A stretch of 32,000 nt of DNA, taken from NCBI RefSeq assembly GCF_000196355.1, contig NC_007614.1, forward strand, positions 660,001-692,000, in the 5' to 3' direction. This document shows positions 24,314-32,000 of the stretch, piece after piece (position 1 is the stretch's first letter; the number at the start of each line of letters is the position of its first letter). Both the position numbers and the translations under genes were made by a program. Below the pieces are notes generated by a model. It worked only from the letters and a program-made list of their open reading frames with translations, was not told where the DNA came from and did not search any database. Source of the DNA: Nitrosospira multiformis ATCC 25196. GTDB taxonomy: Bacteria > Pseudomonadota > Gammaproteobacteria > Burkholderiales > Nitrosomonadaceae.

Positions 24314-26080
24314 ATGCGCACCAATTACTGCGGCCTTATCGACGTCCAATATCTGGATCAGACTGTGATTCTGTACGGCTGGGTGCACCGGCGCCGTGAC
24401 CATGGGGGAGTTATTTTCGTGGACCTGCGGGATCGTGAGGGCTTGGTGCAGGTGGTGTGCGACCCCGATAACCCCACTGCTTTCCAGGTCGCCGAAAAAA
24501 TCCGGAACGAGTTTGTGGTCCGGATTACCGGACGTGTGCGGCATCGCCCGCCCGGAACCGTCAACCCCAATCTCATCAGCGGGGAAATAGAGGTGTTGGT
24601 GAGCTCGATCGATATCCTTAATGCTTCCCTGACGCCTCCGTTCCTGATGGACGACGAAAGCCTCAGCGAAGCCACACGGCTGGAACACCGCTATCTGGAT
24701 CTGCGGCGTCCGCAGATGCAGGAAAACCTGCGGTTGCGCTACAAGGTAGCGATGGCTGTCCGGCTGTTTCTCGACCAGCATGGATTCATCGACGTGGAAA
24801 CGCCGATGCTCACCAAATCGACTCCCGAAGGCGCGCGCGATTACCTAGTGCCGTCACGCGTCAACACCGGGCATTTTTTTGCGCTGCCGCAGTCGCCGCA
24901 ACTGTTCAAGCAGCTGCTGATGGTTTCCGGATTCGACCGCTATTATCAGATTACCAAATGCTTTCGCGATGAGGATCTGCGGGCTGACCGCCAGCCCGAA
25001 TTCACCCAGATCGATATCGAGACATCCTTTCTGAATGAATCACAAATCATGCAGATGATGGAAAGGATGATCTGCACGGTGTTCAAAAGCGTGAGGAATA
25101 TCGATCTCCCCACTCCCTTTCCACGCCTGACGCATGGCGAAGCGATGTCGAAATATGGCTCGGACAAGCCTGACATGCGTGTGTCGCTGGTTCTGACGGA
25201 ACTCACCGATGTGATGCAGGAGGTGGAGTTCAAGGTGTTCCGGGAAGCCGCGCTCAGAACGGGGGGACGTGTAGCGGCATTGCGCGTGCCTGGAGGTGGG
25301 GCATTGTCGCGCAAAGAGATCGATGATTACACCGGTTTTGTCGCGATATACGGGGCGAAGGGGCTCGCATACATCAAGGTCAATGCGCTGGAAAAAGGCA
25401 TGGACGGCCTCCAGTCGCCCATACTGAAATTCCTCCCTGAGAATGTGATTCAGATCGTTCTCGAGCGCACGGGGGCGAAGGATGGGGATCTCATCTTCTT
25501 CGGCGCGGACAAGGCACAGGTTGTGAATGAGGCGCTCGGTGCATTGCGCGCGAAGGTGGGGCATGATCGCGGCCTGGCGGAATCGGGATGGAAGCCGTTA
25601 TGGGTGGTGGATTTCCCCATGTTCGAGCGCGACGAAGAGGAAAACCGCTGGAAGGCCTTGCACCATCCCTTTACTTCGCCTGCCGAGGGTCACGAGGACC
25701 TGCTTGAAACCGATCCCGAAAAGGCCTTATCCAAGGCTTACGATATGGTGCTGAATGGCTCGGAGATTGGCGGCGGTTCCGTACGTATTCATCGCCAGGA
25801 AGTACAGTCGAAGGTATTTCGCGCCTTGAATATTGGAGCGGACGAGGCAAACGAAAAATTCGGCTTTTTGCTCGAAGCATTGCAATATGGGGCCCCTCCG
25901 CATGGCGGGATTGCGTTCGGCCTCGACCGGATCGTTGCGATGATGGCAGGCGCCGAATCCATCCGTGAGGTCATTGCTTTTCCGAAAACACAGCGTGCGC
26001 AATGTCTGCTGACGCATGCGCCGAGTACTGTCGGTGAGAAACAGTTGCGGGAACTTCACATCAAGCTTCGCCACGCGTAA
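24314..26080 (+). CDS. aspS: Aspartate--tRNA ligase
   Basis: 588 aa starting MRTNYCGLI...[22 protein letters not shown]..., with class II motifs ([18 protein letters not shown]; GGGSVRIH; AFGLDRIV). Confidence 0.97.
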   Translation: MRTNYCGLIDVQYLDQTVILYGWVHRRRDHGGVIFVDLRDREGLVQVVCDPDNPTAFQVAEKIRNEFVVRITGRVRHRPPGTVNPNLISGEIEVLVSSIDILNASLTPPFLMDDESLSEATRLEHRYLDLRRPQMQENLRLRYKVAMAVRLFLDQHGFIDVETPMLTKSTPEGARDYLVPSRVNTGHFFALPQSPQLFKQLLMVSGFDRYYQITKCFRDEDLRADRQPEFTQIDIETSFLNESQIMQMMERMICTVFKSVRNIDLPTPFPRLTHGEAMSKYGSDKPDMRVSLVLTELTDVMQEVEFKVFREAALRTGGRVAALRVPGGGALSRKEIDDYTGFVAIYGAKGLAYIKVNALEKGMDGLQSPILKFLPENVIQIVLERTGAKDGDLIFFGADKAQVVNEALGALRAKVGHDRGLAESGWKPLWVVDFPMFERDEEENRWKALHHPFTSPAEGHEDLLETDPEKALSKAYDMVLNGSEIGGGSVRIHRQEVQSKVFRALNIGADEANEKFGFLLEALQYGAPPHGGIAFGLDRIVAMMAGAESIREVIAFPKTQRAQCLLTHAPSTVGEKQLRELHIKLRHA

Positions 26081-26194
26081 TCCTGGAGGATATGAAGCAA
26101 GGGCGCGGGGTGGAAGCGCAGAAGCGTGGAGATTGGGAAAATCGTTTTTCCGAAAGCGAAGATTTTCTGATTCCGTTCCTACTCCTGGTGCACA

Positions 26195-26668
26195 GTGGTG
26201 AGAATCTACAAGATTCCGGTTTCCATTCTGGTAATTATCCATACGCCCGACATGCAGGTCCTGCTGCTTGAACGGGCTGACCATCCCGGCTACTGGCAGT
26301 CTGTTACGGGCAGCCAGGACGAAGGCGAGACACTCGTGCAAACGGCGGTGCGGGAAGTGGCGGAGGAGACCGGGCTGGATGCCCGCCGCTACGCATTGAC
26401 CGACTGGAACATTGTGAACGAATATGAGATCTATGAGGAATGGCGCTGGCGTTACGCCCCCGAAGTAACCCATAACACCGAGCATGTCTTTGGCCTGCTT
26501 GTGCCGCACCCGGTCCCGGTTTCCGTTGCGGCAAGAGAACATTTGCGTCATACCTGGCTCCCCTGGCAGGAGGCGGCGGAAAAAGTATTTTCCCCAAGCA
26601 ATGCCGAAGCGATCAGGAGATTGGCAACACTTGGCGGTAAAGGTAATAACGGTAATAAAGGGCAGTAA
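26195..26668 (+). CDS. nudB: NUDIX hydrolase, dihydroneopterin triphosphate diphosphatase-like
   Basis: GTG start. It reads YKIPVSILVIIHT...VLLLERADHPGYWQSVTGS.DEGETLVQTAVREVAEETG (Nudix box). Its position after aspS is typical. Confidence 0.8.
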   Translation: MVRIYKIPVSILVIIHTPDMQVLLLERADHPGYWQSVTGSQDEGETLVQTAVREVAEETGLDARRYALTDWNIVNEYEIYEEWRWRYAPEVTHNTEHVFGLLVPHPVPVSVAAREHLRHTWLPWQEAAEKVFSPSNAEAIRRLATLGGKGNNGNKGQ

Positions 26669-26850
26669 AGAGCAGAAAAAGGCAGTAGGGGTAGGCAGTG
26701 GAAGCATTCCCGCGAAAATGAGGAACGGGGAAAGCCCGATCGAACCGATGGCGGGTATGCGGGTCCAATAGTACGTTTGGAACCTCTGCAGTTTCTTATT
26801 ACCTCTGTCTTATATTACCTGCGGTTTTTAAAGGAAAAACGGAGTAGGCC

Positions 26851-27951
26851 ATGCAAGCGGAAGCCATTGCCTTTGAACGTTTCGATAACCTGAATGACGA
26901 TGACTGCGAGCAGCGCATCGTCCAGGCGAAAGCAGCGCTGGGAAGGCGCGCGGTAATACTCGCCCATCATTATCAGCGCCCGGATGTTTACAAACACGCC
27001 GATCTTACCGGGGATTCACTGCAGCTCTCGCGCCTTGCTTCAGGGACCGATGCGGATTACCTGGTGTTCTGCGGCGTGCATTTCATGGCCGAAGTGGCCG
27101 ATATTCTTTCCAAGCCCGAGCAGATCACCATTCTGCCCGATCTTTCCGCGGGTTGCTCCATGGCGGATATGGCGAGTCTTCTCAAGGTGCAGCGCGCGTG
27201 GCATGAGCTCTCGGAAGTGCTCGATCCCGATGAAGTGGTCACGCCGGTAACTTACATCAACTCTGCCGCTGATCTCAAAGCTTTCTGCGGTGAACACGGC
27301 GGCATTGTCTGCACATCCAGCAATGCCATGAAAATTTTGCAGTGGTCCTTTTCCCGCAGGGAAAAAGTACTGTTTTTTCCGGATCAGCACTTGGGGCGCT
27401 GGAGCGGGCACAAGCTGGATATTCCACTCGAACAGATGGCGGTGTGGGATTTCGATGAACCCATGGGTGGGCTTTCGCCCGAGCAGATCAGGAATGCGAA
27501 AATCCTCTTGTGGAAGGGGCATTGCTCCGTACACCAGATGTTCCAGCCCCAGCACATACTTCGTTTTCGCAACCAGCACCCCGAGGGGAAAGTGATTTCG
27601 CATCCCGAGTGCAGTTTCGAGGTATGTAAAAACTCGGATTACGTTGGCTCCACCGACTATATCATCAGGACCATCCGGGAAGCGGAGCCTGGAACACGCT
27701 GGCTGGTGGGAACGGAGCTGAACCTGGTCAATCGTATTGCCGAGGAATTCAAGGCCCAGGGAAAAATCGTCCAGTTCATGGCATCGACGATCTGCATGTG
27801 TTCCACCATGGCGCGCATCGATCCGCAGCACCTGGCCTGGGCGCTGGAAAACCTGGTTGCGGGGAAGGTGGTAAATCAGATCAAAGTGCCGGCAGCCGAT
27901 GCAGTTCTGGCGAAACGTGCCCTGGAGCGCATGCTTGAGGTTTCGCGATAA
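26851..27951 (+). CDS. nadA: Quinolinate synthase
   Basis: 366 aa reading ...ILAHHYQRPDV...GDSLQLSR...FCGVHFMAE...PDLSAGCSMA...VTYINS.A..KA... Confidence 0.93.
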   Translation: MQAEAIAFERFDNLNDDDCEQRIVQAKAALGRRAVILAHHYQRPDVYKHADLTGDSLQLSRLASGTDADYLVFCGVHFMAEVADILSKPEQITILPDLSAGCSMADMASLLKVQRAWHELSEVLDPDEVVTPVTYINSAADLKAFCGEHGGIVCTSSNAMKILQWSFSRREKVLFFPDQHLGRWSGHKLDIPLEQMAVWDFDEPMGGLSPEQIRNAKILLWKGHCSVHQMFQPQHILRFRNQHPEGKVISHPECSFEVCKNSDYVGSTDYIIRTIREAEPGTRWLVGTELNLVNRIAEEFKAQGKIVQFMASTICMCSTMARIDPQHLAWALENLVAGKVVNQIKVPAADAVLAKRALERMLEVSR

Positions 27952-27987
27952 TGAAAAAATACAATTGCGCCCCGTCCCGTTCGTCAT

Positions 27988-28740
27988 ATGCTCAATAAGC
28001 TGCATATCGCTACCTATAACATTCACAAAGGGTTTTCTCATTTCAATCGGCGTGTCATGGTGCATCAGCTGCGCGACAGCTTGCGCGCGCTCAACGCCGA
28101 TATCATTTTTCTGCAGGAAGTGGTCGGCGAGCACAAGGGGCACGGAGCGCGTTTCGAGAATTGGCCGGAGAGTCCCCAGTACGAATTCCTGGCTGATTCG
28201 ATCTGGACGGATTTTGCCTACGGAAAAAACGCGGTTTACGATGAGGGTCACCACGGCAACGCAATCCTGAGCCGCTATCCCATTCTGCGATGGGACAACG
28301 TGGATGTTTCGGCGCATCGCTTCGAAAGCCGCGGCTTGCTTCACTGTGAAATAGGCATCCCGCAATGGCGGGAAAATCTTCACTGCATCTGCGTGCACCT
28401 GGGCCTGTTCAAAAGAGGCCGTTCCCGCCAGTTACAGTTACTGGAAAAGCATATCGAGGAACTCGTACCCCAAGACGCGCCGCTGGTTATCGCCGGGGAT
28501 TTCAACGATTGGCGCGAAGTGGCCAGTCGTATCCTGGTCCAGCGGCTTGCCCTGGCGGAAGTCTTCGAATTGACCGAAGGAAGGCCGGCGCGCACCTATC
28601 CCTCCACGTTGCCGTTGTTCCGGCTCGACCGCATTTATGTGCGGGGTTTTCATATCGAGAAGGCGCAAGTGCACCAGGGGCACCCCTGGTCCAAGATCTC
28701 CGATCACGCAGTCCTCTCGGCGCAGATGATCCTCAGATAA
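27988..28740 (+). CDS. Endonuclease/exonuclease/phosphatase (EEP) family protein
   Basis: It reads ATYNIHKG...DIIFLQEV...GNAILSR...GDFNDW...SDHAVL. Confidence 0.85.
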   Translation: MLNKLHIATYNIHKGFSHFNRRVMVHQLRDSLRALNADIIFLQEVVGEHKGHGARFENWPESPQYEFLADSIWTDFAYGKNAVYDEGHHGNAILSRYPILRWDNVDVSAHRFESRGLLHCEIGIPQWRENLHCICVHLGLFKRGRSRQLQLLEKHIEELVPQDAPLVIAGDFNDWREVASRILVQRLALAEVFELTEGRPARTYPSTLPLFRLDRIYVRGFHIEKAQVHQGHPWSKISDHAVLSAQMILR

Positions 28741-29834
28741 TGCCTCCTGCATTGCACAGCGAGATCGACGCGGCCGCTGCCCTCCTGAAAAAAGGAGGCG
28801 TTGTCGCTTTCCCGACAGAAACCGTTTATGGCCTCGGGGCTGAGGTTTCCAGCCCTTCTGCAGTCGCGCGCATATTTGAAATCAAGAAGCGTCCCCTGGA
28901 TCATCCTCTCATTGTCCATTTTGCCGATGCCTCCCGGTTATCGCATTGGGCGCGGGAGGTGCCGCAGCAGGCATGGCGGCTGGCTGAGTGCTTCTGGCCG
29001 GGCCCTTTGACCCTGATACTGCCACGTAGTCGTCATGTGCCGGAAAAGGTGACCGGCGGTCAGGATACAGTGGGATTGCGCGTTCCTGATCATCCCGTAG
29101 CGCTTGCCTTGCTGAGGGAACTGGGGCCGGACAGAGCGCTTGCCGCCCCGTCGGCCAATCGTTTCGGTCATGTCAGCCCGACAACGGCAGCACATGTGCG
29201 TGAGGAGTTTGGCGACGAGCTGGACATGGTTCTGGATGGCGGGCCGTGCCAGGTGGGTCTGGAAAGCACCATTGTGGGTTTTGAAGGCCAAACTGCGGTT
29301 ATATTGCGGCCAGGTGGCATCCAGTTGGCAGCGCTGGCGGAAGTGTTGGATGGAAATGTGATGCTTTCCCAAGAGGCAGAACGTTCTGTACGCGTGCCGG
29401 GCGCCCTCCCTTCGCATTATGCCCCCTCAACGCCGCTCGAGCTCCTGCCGGCGGATCCCTTATGGGCGCGCGCTTTGGAGCTGGAAGCAAAAGGTATGCG
29501 GGTAGCAGTCATGGGTTGGCGGCGGCGAGAGCATTCTCTACCCAGGCATCATCCGGAAAATGAACCGGTCGTATTTTCCGCGATGCCTGAAGAACCCGAG
29601 GAATATGCGCGTCAGTTGTATGCTACCTTGCGCCGGTTCGATCGGGGACATTTCGATCGGTTGTTGGTGGAGAAGCCGCCTGAGACGGCCGCCTGGGTGG
29701 CAATCGCGGACCGCCTGCGGCGGGCGAGCAGCAGGACACACCCCGGCGCGAATGCAGTGCTAAGGGGCGAGCAAAGCAGTTCGTCCCTGACGCGGGAGGA
29801 TGAGAATGAAACAATTTATGGGCAAACTGGATAA
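28740..29834 (+). CDS. L-threonylcarbamoyladenylate synthase (Sua5/YrdC/TsaC family, long form)
   Basis: The start is at ATG 28740 and overlaps the EEP stop (TAATG). It reads KKGGVVAFPTETVYGLGA...IFEIKKRPLDHPLIVH...SANRFGHVSPT, followed by a C-terminal Sua5 domain. Confidence 0.9.
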   Translation: MPPALHSEIDAAAALLKKGGVVAFPTETVYGLGAEVSSPSAVARIFEIKKRPLDHPLIVHFADASRLSHWAREVPQQAWRLAECFWPGPLTLILPRSRHVPEKVTGGQDTVGLRVPDHPVALALLRELGPDRALAAPSANRFGHVSPTTAAHVREEFGDELDMVLDGGPCQVGLESTIVGFEGQTAVILRPGGIQLAALAEVLDGNVMLSQEAERSVRVPGALPSHYAPSTPLELLPADPLWARALELEAKGMRVAVMGWRRREHSLPRHHPENEPVVFSAMPEEPEEYARQLYATLRRFDRGHFDRLLVEKPPETAAWVAIADRLRRASSRTHPGANAVLRGEQSSSSLTREDENETIYGQTG

Positions 29835-29845
29835 ATAACGATTTT

Positions 29846-30625
29846 ATGGATAGCAAAGTTCGCGCAGTACTGTTTGATGTGGATGGTACGCTGGCTGACA
29901 CGGAGCGTGATGGTCATCGCCCCGCTTTTAATGCCGCATTTCAGGAACTCGGCCTCGATTGGGAGTGGGATGTCGATCTTTACGGCAGGTTGCTGGAAAT
30001 CACAGGGGGCAAAGAGCGCATCCTTCATTTCATGGAACATCATGTTCCCGAGGAATTGAACAGAAGCGAACTGGGCGAATGGATCGCGCGCCTGCATAAG
30101 ATAAAAACCAGGCATTATGTCGGCATGCTGGAAAGTGGCGGTATTCCGCTAAGACCGGGCGTAGCTCGCCTGATCCGGCATCTGCGTGACAGAAACATAA
30201 AAATCGCGATTGCAACCACCACCACCCCGGAGAACGTGACCGCGCTTTTGAAATCCACCCTGGGGGAAGATTCTCCCGGCTGGTTCGACGTTATCGGGGC
30301 AGGAGACATCGTTCCCGGAAAAAAACCGGCACCCGACATCTATCACTGGGTCCTGGATCAACTGAAATTGCCGGCAAAACAGTGCATTGCCGTTGAAGAC
30401 TCGGAAAACGGGCTCAGAGCATCGCTTGCCGCGGGGCTGGACACAGTGGTTACGGTAAATGGATATACCCGGTTTCAGGATTTCACGGGGGCGAAGCTTG
30501 TCTTGTCCGACCTGGGGGAGCCGACGAAGCCCTTCAGCGTGCTGGAAGGAGAGGCAGGAGTGGCAAACGGCATAAACGGCAGCGGCTGGGTGGATATGGA
30601 CCTGATGCTGAAGCTTAAGGGGTGA
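29846..30625 (+). CDS. HAD-superfamily phosphatase, CbbY-like
   Basis: It reads VLFDVDGTLADTERDGHRPAFNAAF....W.WD..LYG.LL.ITGGKERI, plus the ...IAVEDSENGL... HAD motifs. Confidence 0.85.
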   Translation: MDSKVRAVLFDVDGTLADTERDGHRPAFNAAFQELGLDWEWDVDLYGRLLEITGGKERILHFMEHHVPEELNRSELGEWIARLHKIKTRHYVGMLESGGIPLRPGVARLIRHLRDRNIKIAIATTTTPENVTALLKSTLGEDSPGWFDVIGAGDIVPGKKPAPDIYHWVLDQLKLPAKQCIAVEDSENGLRASLAAGLDTVVTVNGYTRFQDFTGAKLVLSDLGEPTKPFSVLEGEAGVANGINGSGWVDMDLMLKLKG

Positions 30626-30793
30626 AGGCCGTGAGGAAGCGGTCTAAAAGAATTACGGCCAATTCTGCGGACGCTCATCCCCGGTTTGCATCATCCCAAA
30701 TTGGAATTGTCACCTGGAACAGGTAGTATAGTAAGTAACTAGTGACTTACCCAGGTTACCCAGGCATCCAGGCCATCCTGACAAGAAGAACAA

Positions 30794-31243
30794 ATGCTGC
30801 AAGCCCGCACAATCAACTATTCACGGCGCCTGCTTCAATTTTTTGAAGGTGTGGGTCTCGTCGTGATTGCACTCGCCACCATATTTGCGGGGTATCAGGA
30901 AACCATGCTGATGATTCACAACGGCAGAGTGAACCTTGCAGACCTGCTGCTCATGTTTCTCTACCTCGAAATCCTGACGATGGTCGGGCTTTATTTTGAA
31001 TCGGGCAAGCTGCCGGTAAGGTTTCCCCTCTATATCGCCCTGGTGGCATTGGCGCGTTATATAACCGTGGACGTCAAGGAGATGGACAACATCCGCCTGC
31101 TGGGCGTTTCTGCCGCTATCGTGCTGATTGCGCTCGGGGTGCTCGTCATCCGTTACGGGCACGTGCGCTATCCTTACGTGGAAGATCTGGAGGAACTGAC
31201 AGAGGCGGCTTCCAAGGAAAGAGAACAAAAAATTCGCGATTGA
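30794..31243 (+). CDS. PsiE-like (phosphate-starvation-inducible) membrane protein
   Basis: 149 aa with 4 TM helices and the pattern [36 protein letters not shown], resembling E. coli PsiE. Confidence 0.65.
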   Translation: MLQARTINYSRRLLQFFEGVGLVVIALATIFAGYQETMLMIHNGRVNLADLLLMFLYLEILTMVGLYFESGKLPVRFPLYIALVALARYITVDVKEMDNIRLLGVSAAIVLIALGVLVIRYGHVRYPYVEDLEELTEAASKEREQKIRD

Positions 31244-31244
31244 T

Positions 31245-31748
31245 ATGGAAGGCCAAATCAACAAGCCCCAAGTGGGTGTCATCATGGGCAGCAGCAGCGA
31301 TTGGGAGGTCATGAAGCATGCTGTGGAAGTATTGAAGAAATTCCATGTGCCTTACGAAGCGGAGGTGGTTTCCGCTCATCGAACCCCTGATCGCATGTTC
31401 GAATATGCGGAAACTGCCGGCGGGCGGGGGCTGAAATGCATCATTGCCGGTGCAGGCGGGGCAGCGCATCTTCCGGGAATGGTCGCCGCGAAAACGCTCC
31501 TGCCCGTGCTGGGCGTGCCGGTTACTTCCCGGCAGCTTCAAGGGCTGGATTCGCTTTTGTCCATAGTACAAATGCCGAGGGGGATACCGGTTGCCACCTT
31601 CGCCATAGGCGAGGCGGGCGCGGCTAACGCGGGGTTGTTTGCCGTTGCGCTGCTGGCGATGGAAGATGCGGGCCTGGCCAGGCAGCTTGCCGAGTTTCGG
31701 GAAACCCAGATGGCGACGGTGGCTTCCATGACTTTACCCCTCTCATGA
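31245..31748 (+). CDS. purE: N5-carboxyaminoimidazole ribonucleotide mutase
   Basis: It reads [14 protein letters not shown]...[11 protein letters not shown]...[25 protein letters not shown]. Confidence 0.95.
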   Translation: MEGQINKPQVGVIMGSSSDWEVMKHAVEVLKKFHVPYEAEVVSAHRTPDRMFEYAETAGGRGLKCIIAGAGGAAHLPGMVAAKTLLPVLGVPVTSRQLQGLDSLLSIVQMPRGIPVATFAIGEAGAANAGLFAVALLAMEDAGLARQLAEFRETQMATVASMTLPLS

Positions 31749-32000
31749 GTACGCGGCCTGGGGCGATGCTGGGGTTGCTGGGCGGCGGCCAGCTCGGCAG
31801 GATGTTCACCATGGCGGCCCAAAGCCTGGGTTACAGCGTGACCGTTCTTGATCCCGAGGAGCGGAGCCCGGCGGGTAGCATCGCTGAGCGGCACCTGCGC
31901 GCCGATTACCTCGATCGCGAGGCATTGAATGAGCTCGCATCCACCTGCGCAGGCGTCACCACCGAATTCGAAAACGTACCTGCCGAGGCACTCAGAGTAC
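31744..32000 (+). CDS. purK: N5-carboxyaminoimidazole ribonucleotide synthase; the 3' end runs off the window
   Basis: The ATG overlaps the purE stop (ATGA). It reads [28 protein letters not shown]. Confidence 0.9.

Noticed and set aside
26669-26850. Looked for an NAD+ (nadA-motif) riboswitch upstream of nadA
   Set aside because: I could not find the tandem-domain pattern or conserved blocks I associate with that motif. The region looks like an ordinary promoter and 5' UTR. A cmsearch would be needed to be certain.
27040-28398. 452-aa minus-strand ORF
   Set aside because: It is antisense to the well-supported nadA and EEP genes, and its Arg/His/Pro-rich composition is typical of shadow ORFs in GC-rich DNA. 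The same reasoning applies to 14031..14903 (antisense to prs) and 25727..26707 (antisense to aspS/nudB). It also applies to 6233..7000 (antisense to mutM), 11180..11965 (antisense to the TPR gene), 3029..3793 and 16157..16798.
30626-30793. Pho box upstream of the psiE-like gene
   Set aside because: There is only one CTGTCA-like half-site (TTGTCAC). The adjacent element is an inverted, not direct, repeat (ACCTG-gaa-CAGGT). Spacing to the TATAGT hexamer is too short for a standard promoter.

Overview
The window is mostly a conserved proteobacterial housekeeping backbone. Gene content and order look beta-proteobacterial, possibly a chemolithoautotroph of the Nitrosomonadales type, but that is inference only. 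Several non-core insertions interrupt it.

Backbone genes, left to right:
- A copper-handling pair: a cupredoxin and a DUF411/CopG-like protein.
- corA.
- A yybP-ykoY-type Mn2+ riboswitch in front of a UPF0016 transporter, followed by an unknown lipoprotein.
- mutM-proC-yggT-yggU on the minus strand.
- A GldA/F/G-like ABC system on the minus strand.
- TPR lipoprotein, lolB, ispE, tRNA-Gln, prs, rplY, pth, ychF.
- FmdB-like zinc ribbon protein, DUF502 protein, aspS, nudB, nadA, EEP-family protein, sua5/tsaC, cbbY-like HAD, psiE-like, purE, purK.

Non-core content:
- A roughly 0.45 kb array of near-identical 129-bp tandem repeats sits between rplY and pth.
- A roughly 5.2 kb decaying accessory island (about 18.06-23.3 kb) lies between ychF and the aspS operon. 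It holds a Gly/Thr-rich secreted repeat protein, an internally deleted IS3-family remnant and a frameshifted carboxylesterase fragment. It also holds a lipoprotein, a membrane-protein gene with a 220-bp tandem duplication, and an apparently intact IS5-family element with an A6G frameshift site. An RHH antitoxin lies next to a degraded RelE/ParE toxin, and about 0.55 kb is unassigned.
- Short tandem repeats lie upstream of corA and in the 5' region of lolB.

I found no CRISPR array, no rRNA, and no convincing complete defence or secretion system. All calls come from reading the sequence and ORF translations by eye, with no database search.
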